Shown: positions 57,217 through 64,000 of the stretch, piece by piece
Layout: each line of letters opens with the position of its first letter
How positions within the stretch are numbered: the first letter of the stretch is position 1
Origin: Candidatus Buchananbacteria bacterium
GTDB lineage: Bacteria; Patescibacteriota; Patescibacteriia; 2-01-FULL-39-33
DNA length: 64,000 nt
Assembly (NCBI GenBank): GCA_041665065.1
Contig: JBAYJM010000001.1
Coordinates: 23,116-87,115 of the forward strand
Direction: 5' to 3'
Made by a program: the position numbers and the translations under genes
Notes under the pieces: model-generated
Seen by the model: only the letters and a program-made list of their open reading frames with translations
Told to the model about the DNA's origin: nothing
Databases searched by the model: none

Positions 57217-57816
57217 TTAGAGTTCGAGAACCCAATAACTTCTTTGATGCTCGTTTGCATCAATAACATCGAGTTCTACAAACCCCAACCCTTTGTAAAG
57301 GGCGCGAGCCGGTTCTGCTCGGAGGTCGGTTCGCAGAAGAATGGTCTCGTGGCCGGTTTTGATGGCCCATTCCAAAAGGCATTCGCTTAGTTCTCGACCA
57401 GCTCCTTTGAGTCGGCAGTTGGAATCAACACCGAGTTCATCAATGTAAAACACTTCGCCATTTTCGAAAAATCGATCCATCTGCGAAGTTCCCGAGATGT
57501 TTTGCATGTCTTCCATGCTGACACGATAGCCCCAAGTGAAGCCGATGATGGCGTCGTTTGACTTGGGATCGGTTGGAAGTGCAAGGAATCCTCGGGATTG
57601 TCCGCGCGCGAGCTCTTCTTTGAGCTCTTGCAATACAATTTCAGTCGTCCAGAAATCCTCATTCCACGGCGGTTCTCTCCAGATTTCGCAATAGAGCGAG
57701 GCGCACCCTTCCAAGACGGAAAGAGGCGTTTGATCCAGGCTTATCACCTCGATTCGATATCCTTTTTGCATGTCACGATTCCTTATTGTTACATGCTTGG
57801 TGTTTGGGTTTTTCAT
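57217..57816 (-). CDS. GNAT family N-acetyltransferase, GC-rich island
   Basis: 199 aa at about 52% GC. Acetyl-CoA motif A IDELGVDSNCRLKGAGRELSECLLEWA. Confidence 0.65.
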   Translation of the reverse strand: MKNPNTKHVTIRNRDMQKGYRIEVISLDQTPLSVLEGCASLYCEIWREPPWNEDFWTTEIVLQELKEELARGQSRGFLALPTDPKSNDAIIGFTWGYRVSMEDMQNISGTSQMDRFFENGEVFYIDELGVDSNCRLKGAGRELSECLLEWAIKTGHETILLRTDLRAEPARALYKGLGFVELDVIDANEHQRSYWVLEL

Positions 57817-57821
57817 ATAAA

Positions 57822-57852
57822 AAACCCCTTCCCACTCGGGAAGGGGTTGAGT
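57822..57852 (-). terminator. Intrinsic terminator CCCCTTCCC-gagt-GGGAAGGGG + U-run (minus strand)
   Basis: 9-bp GC stem. On the minus strand it follows the trpR-like gene and is followed by TTTTTTAT. Confidence 0.55.
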
Positions 57853-57868
57853 TTATATTTTAAAAATA

Positions 57869-58189
57869 TCAACGCAGCTCTTTCCCGATTGAGGAAGAGC
57901 TATAATGATTTATTCTTTTTGAAATTAAATTATATCCGCCGGTTCCGTTATTTAACCAAAGCGCGACACGGCTGACAGTAGTTGTGCTGACTTTTAATTT
58001 TTCGGCAATCTCACGATAGGGCATTTTCTTCTCCAAAAGCTTCACTATTTCCCAGCGCTCGCTCATTTCCTTGATTTCTTCAACCGTACAGAGGTCACGA
58101 AAAAATAACTCGCATTCTTTTGTGGTTTTTAATGATAGGATGGCTTCAAAAAGCCTGTTAGTTTGTTTGTTAAATTTAAATTGTTTCAT
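57869..58189 (-). CDS. TrpR-like DNA-binding protein (YerC/YecD family)
   Basis: 106 aa. LCTVEEIKEMSERWEIVKLL...YREIAEKLKVSTTTVSRVALWLNNGTGGY matches the YerC/YecD Trp-repressor-like family. Confidence 0.65.
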   Translation of the reverse strand: MKQFKFNKQTNRLFEAILSLKTTKECELFFRDLCTVEEIKEMSERWEIVKLLEKKMPYREIAEKLKVSTTTVSRVALWLNNGTGGYNLISKRINHYSSSSIGKELR

Positions 58190-58382
58190 ATCTGTATCAC
58201 TGTATTACTATACTAACACAGAATAAATACAATGTCAAGAATATAATTTATTAATTAAAAAAACCGCCTAAAGGCGGGTAATGTGTGTTTGTTATTTTAT
58301 TACTCTCAAAAGCAACAATAGGATTATTACTTTAATTGAGTGGAGAAGGCAAGGGTAGGACTTGTATCTTCTCCGATTTGAA

Positions 58383-58856
58383 CTAAATACCGATGACCTC
58401 CTTGGCTTTGAGCAAGTCGATCATTCTGCGAACTTCTTGCGTGTTGGGCATGCAACCGTAACCATCATGCAGGTTAAAAGCGGCTTCAGCCTCACTCGCA
58501 CGTCCAGCTTTCGCGAAGAGAAACGCTGAAGTGAGGTACAGCTTTTTATGGAACATTTCCTTGGCCATCTCGATGATAGCGTCTGTCTCGACAGGACTGT
58601 CGATTGTTTCCCGGAGTTTGACGTACATCCAGTACCCGAGCAGATCGGCCAACTTATCACATTCCTCAGAAAGCCACGGTCTGCAGTCGGGGGCATTTAA
58701 GTAGAACCAGGCTATGAATTTGGAAACTCCCTGAGCGTCTTTGCGGTCTGCCATATACCGCAAGAGGGATTCGGGGTGACCTGGGTTCTTGGTGAGGCAG
58801 TCATCCCACCGACCAAAGCTCACCAACACATACATGGGCAACCAGCTCATATTCAT
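58383..58856 (-). CDS. Hypothetical protein, GC-rich island
   Basis: Likely start MNMSWLPMYV with a GAGGGA Shine-Dalgarno site. Terminator (aaaccgcctaaaggcggg) at 58255-58285 on the minus strand. No family recognised. Confidence 0.45.
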   Translation of the reverse strand: MNMSWLPMYVLVSFGRWDDCLTKNPGHPESLLRYMADRKDAQGVSKFIAWFYLNAPDCRPWLSEECDKLADLLGYWMYVKLRETIDSPVETDAIIEMAKEMFHKKLYLTSAFLFAKAGRASEAEAAFNLHDGYGCMPNTQEVRRMIDLLKAKEVIGI

Positions 58857-59081
58857 ATTTTTTCCCTCGTAAGGCCAGGCCAAGATTTATTACTTTCATC
58901 CTCAAACTCACAAGAGCCCAGGATTTTTAATGCTTTATGGTACAAATTCTTTGTGAACGTTACTCACATTGAATACATTATTATATCATAGTTAAATCAT
59001 TTTGTCAAATATATTTGCTAAGTTTATTTAAAATAAAATAAAAAAACCGCCCCAGCAAGGGGCGGAAAATTTGATATGAAT

Positions 59082-60812
59082 TTATTTTTTCTCTGTAATT
59101 TCTTTTTTAATTCCTTCGATAAATTTTGTTAAATCCTGCGATCCAAGATCGCCTTCGCTCCTTTTGCGGACGGCGACAGTCTTAGATTCGACTTCTTTTT
59201 CGCCGACTACTAATATATATGGTGTCTTTTGTTTTTCGGCATTTCTAATTCTTTTGCCAAGCGATTCATCGCTATTATCAAATTCAACTCTAATCCCATT
59301 TTCTAAAAGAATATTTTTAACTTCTTCGCCGTACTCATTAAATTTTTCAGATACAGGGATTATAACCGCTTGAACAGGAGAGAGCCAAATTGGAAATGCG
59401 CCGGCATAATGTTCAATTAAAACTCCGAAAAATCTTTCCATTGAACCGTAAATAACGCGATGAATCATTACTGGACGTTTTTCTTTGCCATCAGAATCAA
59501 TATAATTTAAATTAAATCTTTCTGGCATATTCATATCCAATTGAATTGTTCCGCATTGCCATGTTCTGCCAATCGCATCTTTGATTTTAATATCAATTTT
59601 TGGTCCATAGAAAGCTCCATCACCCTCATTAATATCATATTCTTTTCCTGTGCTATCAAGCGCTTCTTTTAATCCATTTGTTGCCATTTCCCAAGCCTCA
59701 TCCGAGCCGATTGATTTTTCTGGGCGTGTGGAAAGTTCAAGGGAGTAAGTTAAGCCGAATGCAGAATACATTTTGTCTACTAATTTTAATACTCCAAGAA
59801 TTTCATCTTTGATTTGATCTGGTCGCATATAAATATGGGCATCATCTTGATGGAATACTCTAACTCTAAATAGCCCTGACAATACTCCTGACAATTCATG
59901 CCTATGTACCAATCCAATTTCTCCCATACGAAGTGGCAAATCGCGATATGAATGAATATCTTCGCCATACATCAACATTCCACCGGGGCAATTCATCGGT
60001 TTGATAGCATATTCCATATCATCAATCTTGCTTTCATACATATTTTCACGATAATTTTCCCAGTGGCCGGATGTTTCCCATAACTTTCGAGATAACATGA
60101 TTGGAGTTTTGATTTCATCATATCCGGCTTCTCTATGTGCTTCTCTCCAAAAGTTTAGTAGCTCATTCCAAATGATCATTCCTTTTGGTTTGAAAAAAGG
60201 AAAACCAGGACCTTCATCATGGAAAGAAAATAATTCTAATTCCTTGCCTAATTTTTTATGATCTCTTTTTTCAGCCTCTTCTAAAAGTTTTAAATAATCA
60301 AAAAGTTCTTGCTTGGTGGCAAACGCAGTGCCGTAGATCCTTTGCAACATTTTATTTTTTTCATCGCCACGCCAATATGCTCCGGCAATTTTCATTAATT
60401 TAAAAATTCCCAGTTCTTTGGTGGTTTCAACATGAGGGCCTCGGCATAAATCTTCAAATTCTCCGACTTTATAAAAACTAACCATTGTTTCGCCGCCTTT
60501 TTCTAGGTCTTCAATCAGCTCTTTCTTGTACGGCTGGTCTTTAACTCTTTTTAAAGCTTCTTTAATCGGCAGTTCTGTTTTGGTAAATTCTAATTTTTTC
60601 TTGATGATTTCTTCCATTTTCTTTTCGATCTTTTTCAAATCTTCGGGAGAGAAAGTCTTATCGCCCAAATCAAAGTCATAGTAAAAGCCTTCTTCAATTG
60701 TCGGGCCGATTGCAAATTTTACATCTTCAAAAAGCTCTTTGACGGCATAAGCCATGATGTGAGAAGTTGAATGCCTTATTTTATCCAATTGTTCGTTAAT
60801 TTGTTTTGCCAT
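59082..60812 (-). CDS. thrS: Threonyl-tRNA synthetase (lacks the N-terminal TGS extension)
   Basis: 576 aa. HSTSHIMAYAV editing-domain motif, class II catalytic core, C-terminal anticodon-binding domain. Confidence 0.9.
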   Translation of the reverse strand: MAKQINEQLDKIRHSTSHIMAYAVKELFEDVKFAIGPTIEEGFYYDFDLGDKTFSPEDLKKIEKKMEEIIKKKLEFTKTELPIKEALKRVKDQPYKKELIEDLEKGGETMVSFYKVGEFEDLCRGPHVETTKELGIFKLMKIAGAYWRGDEKNKMLQRIYGTAFATKQELFDYLKLLEEAEKRDHKKLGKELELFSFHDEGPGFPFFKPKGMIIWNELLNFWREAHREAGYDEIKTPIMLSRKLWETSGHWENYRENMYESKIDDMEYAIKPMNCPGGMLMYGEDIHSYRDLPLRMGEIGLVHRHELSGVLSGLFRVRVFHQDDAHIYMRPDQIKDEILGVLKLVDKMYSAFGLTYSLELSTRPEKSIGSDEAWEMATNGLKEALDSTGKEYDINEGDGAFYGPKIDIKIKDAIGRTWQCGTIQLDMNMPERFNLNYIDSDGKEKRPVMIHRVIYGSMERFFGVLIEHYAGAFPIWLSPVQAVIIPVSEKFNEYGEEVKNILLENGIRVEFDNSDESLGKRIRNAEKQKTPYILVVGEKEVESKTVAVRKRSEGDLGSQDLTKFIEGIKKEITEKK

Positions 60813-60816
60813 ATTT

Positions 60817-61359
60817 TTATTTTAATTTTTTATAATCACTTTTTAACATTGCCATTATTATCTCATCCCAAAATCTTCCGTATCGATATATGCTTTGTCT
60901 TTTTATTCCCTCTTTTTTTAATCCGCATTTAGCATAGCATTTAATGCCACCTATATTTCCCTCATAAACAGATAAGCCAAAACGATTAAGTTTAAGAGTG
61001 TTAAAAGAATATTTTATTATTGTTTTTAAAACGTCTTGGCCATATCCTTTATTCCAATAATTTTTGTCTCCAATCATAATGCCCCATTCAGTTTTTTTAT
61101 TTTCTTTGCTTAGTGAATGCAGATCTGTACTGCCAATATGGACTCCGTCTTTTGTATAGATCGACCAAAGCACTTGCTCTTTATTTTCAGCAATTTTTTT
61201 AATGTACTGTTTTTCTTTTACAAGAGTCAAGCCTTTGTTTTGCCTGCCTAAAAATTTTATAACTTCTTCATCCTGGAACCATTTTACAAAGCTTGGCGCC
61301 TCTTTAAGGTTGATTGGTTTTAAAATAATTTTTTTGCCTTTTAAAATTGGACCGTACAT
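60817..61359 (-). CDS. GNAT N-acetyltransferase (RimJ/RimL-like)
   Basis: 180 aa. N-terminus KKIILKPINLKEAPSFVKWFQDEEVIKFLG and core GYGQDVLK are typical of ribosomal-protein-acetyltransferase-type GNATs. Confidence 0.65.
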   Translation of the reverse strand: MYGPILKGKKIILKPINLKEAPSFVKWFQDEEVIKFLGRQNKGLTLVKEKQYIKKIAENKEQVLWSIYTKDGVHIGSTDLHSLSKENKKTEWGIMIGDKNYWNKGYGQDVLKTIIKYSFNTLKLNRFGLSVYEGNIGGIKCYAKCGLKKEGIKRQSIYRYGRFWDEIIMAMLKSDYKKLK

Positions 61360-61366
61360 ATCATTT

Positions 61367-62118
61367 TTAATTTTTATTTAAAGTTTTTATTGCTGCAACA
61401 AACTTAGCATAAAATTTTTGAGTAATATATTTCGCCGCCTTTCTTAATTCGTTTAAGTTGGGAAAATTACTAGGGTCAAAATTCTGTGCATCTTCTTTGT
61501 CCAAATTTATTTTATAAATTATATCATCTGGTTCAATGTCAGCCTTTCCATATTTGCCTAGGCCATAGTATACCTTTTCATCATAAGGACTTTCATGATC
61601 GGATCTTATTATTAGAAACGTTGATCCTGTTTCGATTAGTTTGTCAATAATCTGCCCTGCAGTTTGAGAGTCGCCATCACCAAGGCTTCTTATGTCCCAG
61701 CCCATACTTTCAAGAAAAAATTTTATTATACTATCGCTAAAATCTTCTATTAAATGTCTTTTTACTTCTGGATCAATATCTTCTTCTTTTTGAATATGGC
61801 TTAAAGCTTCACTGACGGTGTAGCCGATACTACTCGCTCTTTTTATTAAGGCAGGGTGATTTTTGATTATAATTTTCTCATCTTCCTCTCTTAACAAATT
61901 ATAAATATTAGCTATGGCTACCGCGTCTCCGGCTTCAATTCCTTCTGATGCCTCTCTGTCGGCCTGCTCTTTAGTTGTTAAATGTCTTAATCCGAGGCTA
62001 TTTTCATGGATAAATAATAAATCATCAAATTCAAGTTCAGGCCCGTCTTTATAATCTTGATATTCGGGGTCGTCTATACGCTCTTCGGTTGGCTCTCTTT
62101 TAGAAAGAAATTCATTCA
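61367..62118 (-). CDS. Hypothetical acidic protein, first gene after the T-box leader
   Basis: About 250 aa. ATG at 62116-62118 immediately follows the T-box terminator U-run. Confidence 0.45.
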
Positions 62119-62121
62119 TAG

Positions 62122-62295
62122 TATTAAAATAAAAAATCTCCCATCCCAATTATACGCTAATTATAGCATATTATTGGGACGAGAGATGTTCCCGCGGTTC
62201 CACCCAGATTTCCTGCATGTGCAGGACACTTTATTAAATAAGCTTAGTCCGCCGAAGCGGATCCGTATGGAGAACAGTTGGTGGCTGTTCCAATT
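62122..62295 (-). ncRNA. T-box riboswitch leader (ultrashort Stem I; putative Thr specifier ACC)
   Basis: The minus-strand RNA contains the T-box antiterminator consensus AAUCUGGGUGGAACCGCGGGAA (reverse complement of 62189-62213). A terminator CUCUCGUCCCAAU...AUUGGGAUGGGAGA + UUUUUUAUUUU follows. Upstream hairpin GGAACAG-CCACCAA-CUGUUCU has ACC followed by A in the loop. UUCG-capped helix CCGC-UUCG-GCGG and Stem III-like CCUGCA-ca-UGCAGG are also present. Confidence 0.65.
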
Positions 62296-62379
62296 GCTGT
62301 ACTTAAATTATTATAAAAAAAGCCCAAAAAGTCAAATGAACCTTGTTTTTATGCCTCATTTTTGCTAATATCAATTATT

Positions 62380-64000
62380 ATGGATTACACAATAATTAAA
62401 GTAAAACAGCAGATAAAAGAGGCGGTACAAAAAGCTTTGGGCCAGGAAATTGACCAAAAGCATATAGAAATAGGAGTTCCGCCGGAAAAAGATATGGGGG
62501 ATTTGGCAATTCCTTGTTTTTATTTTGCAAAATTGCTCCGGCTTTCTCCAAATAGAATAGCCGAAGAATTAAAAAATAAAATACGGCCAGTAGGTTTTAT
62601 TGAATCTGCCAACAATGCCGGACCCTATTTAAATATCATATTAAATAAAAAAGTCCTGGCTCAAAAGGTTTTAAATGAAATCAGTAAGAAAGGCGAAAAA
62701 TTTGGCAGCTTAAAGTCTGACAAAGAAAAAATAATGATTGAGTATTCTAATCCCAATACTCACAAAGAATTTCATATCGGCCATAGTAGAAATGCGATTT
62801 TGGGAGCAAGCTTGGTTAATGTTTATAAATTTGCCGGCAAAAAAGTTATCCCTGTAAATTATATAGGCGATATCGGATCGCATGTGGCTAAATGCCTTTG
62901 GGCTTTGGAGAAATTCCACAAAGACGAGCCTCTGCCCGAAAATAAAGGAAAATATTTGGGAGGAATTTATGGCGAAGCGGTGAGAAGAATTGATGAGAAT
63001 ACAGAGCTCAAAAAAGAAACTGACGAGGTTCAGCAAAAATTGGAATCAGGCGATAAATATTGGATGGCGCTTTGGAAAAAAACAAAAGCATGGAGCATGG
63101 ATGAGCTGAAAGAGATTTATAAATTATTAAATGCAAAATTTGATAAGATTTTTTTTGAAAGCGAAGTGGAAAAGCCCGGCAAAAAAATTGTGGCTGAGTT
63201 AATGGAGAGGGGAATTGCAGAAAAATCCCAGGGAGCGGTAGTAATCAATTTGGAAAAATATAATTTAAGAACTCTTTTACTTCTAAAGTCAGACGGTTCG
63301 TCTCTATATTCCACAAAAGAGTTGGCTCTTGCCCAGTTAAAATTTGATAAGTATAAGATTGATAAGAGCATAGTCATTGTCGATAATCGCCAGGGTTTTT
63401 ATTTTCAACAATTTTTTAAGACATTGGAAATAATGGGATTTGATAAAAAAATGGAGCATATTCCCTATGAATTTGTCACCCTAAAGGATGGCGCAATGTC
63501 ATCGCGATCTGGCAACATTGTCCCTTTTGAAGATTTTTTTGAAAAAGTTGTTGAGTTGGCAAAAGCTGAAACACAAAAGAGGCATCAGGATTGGAACGGG
63601 GAAAAAATCAGCGATGTGTCCCAAAAAATCGCCTTGTCTGCCATTAAATTCAACATGATAAAAACAAATAACAGTAATATTATTGTTTTTGATGTTGAAG
63701 AGGCATTAAGTTTTGACGGATTCACGGGGCCTTATTTGCAATATACTATCAGCAGGATAAATAGCATTCTTAAAAAAGAATCTCCAAAAGGAGAAATTGA
63801 TTTTGCAAAGTTGGAAAATCTACTAGAAAAAGAATTGATTTTAAAGGCTTCGAATTTTCCGGAAATAATTGCTCAGTGCCAAAAAGAAAATCAGCCTAGC
63901 ATTTTAGCTAAATACTTATTCGAATTGGCAAAGCTGTTTTCCAACTATTATCAAAATATCCCAATTTTAAAATCCGAACAAGAAACCAAAAAGGCAAGAT
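62380..64000 (+). CDS. argS: Arginyl-tRNA synthetase (3' end lies outside the window)
   Basis: Not in the ORF track because no stop falls within the window. N-terminal Add-1 domain, class I HIGH motif (HKEFHIGHSRNAILG), catalytic core continuing to position 64000. Confidence 0.85.
   Translation, partial: MDYTIIKVKQQIKEAVQKALGQEIDQKHIEIGVPPEKDMGDLAIPCFYFAKLLRLSPNRIAEELKNKIRPVGFIESANNAGPYLNIILNKKVLAQKVLNEISKKGEKFGSLKSDKEKIMIEYSNPNTHKEFHIGHSRNAILGASLVNVYKFAGKKVIPVNYIGDIGSHVAKCLWALEKFHKDEPLPENKGKYLGGIYGEAVRRIDENTELKKETDEVQQKLESGDKYWMALWKKTKAWSMDELKEIYKLLNAKFDKIFFESEVEKPGKKIVAELMERGIAEKSQGAVVINLEKYNLRTLLLLKSDGSSLYSTKELALAQLKFDKYKIDKSIVIVDNRQGFYFQQFFKTLEIMGFDKKMEHIPYEFVTLKDGAMSSRSGNIVPFEDFFEKVVELAKAETQKRHQDWNGEKISDVSQKIALSAIKFNMIKTNNSNIIVFDVEEALSFDGFTGPYLQYTISRINSILKKESPKGEIDFAKLENLLEKELILKASNFPEIIAQCQKENQPSILAKYLFELAKLFSNYYQNIPILKSEQETKKAR

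Noticed and set aside
62057-62368. 103-aa plus-strand ORF between the hypothetical gene and argS
   Set aside because: The region is fully explained by a minus-strand T-box leader (conserved GGGUGGAACCGCGG plus terminator). The ORF translation is low-complexity.
1-64000. CRISPR arrays, rRNA genes, IS elements and transposases
   Set aside because: No regularly spaced repeats, no rRNA-like conserved stretches and no transposase/integrase-like ORFs were seen anywhere in the window.

Overview
The window is AT-rich (about 30-35% GC), compact and dominated by housekeeping genes. It reads like a reduced, CPR/Patescibacteria-like genome; this is inferred from gene content and composition, not from any search. 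Recognisable backbone genes: galE fragment, endonuclease IV, Hsp20, VanW, tRNA-Glu, ABC exporters, an ECF sigma/anti-sigma pair, a HlyD-MacB efflux set, tsaD-tsaE, a PilB/GspE ATPase, FtsH, ribosomal protein S1, PlsC, a 7TM-GAF histidine kinase, thrS and argS. Several things the ORF track does not explain stand out. (1) A roughly 50% GC two-gene RiPP-like cassette at 45116-46595: a radical-SAM/SPASM maturase whose 3' end overlaps an untracked 46-codon Cys/Asp-rich precursor ORF, suggestive of a ranthipeptide/SCIFF-like thioether peptide. (2) A tightly packed five-gene operon at 26910-32859 encoding a split PEP-synthase/rifampin-phosphotransferase-like phosphotransfer module: a stand-alone PPDK_N ATP-grasp, two proteins with C-terminal phosphohistidine swivel domains (one fused to a GHKL ATPase), and two unknowns. 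(3) A roughly 425-nt promoter-to-terminator structured ncRNA candidate at 3031-3453 of no recognised class. (4) A minus-strand T-box riboswitch at 62122-62295 with an ultrashort Stem I and an ACC-A specifier loop, heading a hypothetical-GNAT-thrS operon. (5) About ten compositionally atypical single-gene cassettes (45-60% GC, strong Shine-Dalgarno sites, own terminators) scattered through the AT-rich backbone, one of them inside a repeat-flanked segment beside tRNA-Glu. No CRISPR array, rRNA or obvious IS element was seen. All coordinates and structures were derived by eye from the sequence. Family assignments rest on remembered motifs; no homology search was run.
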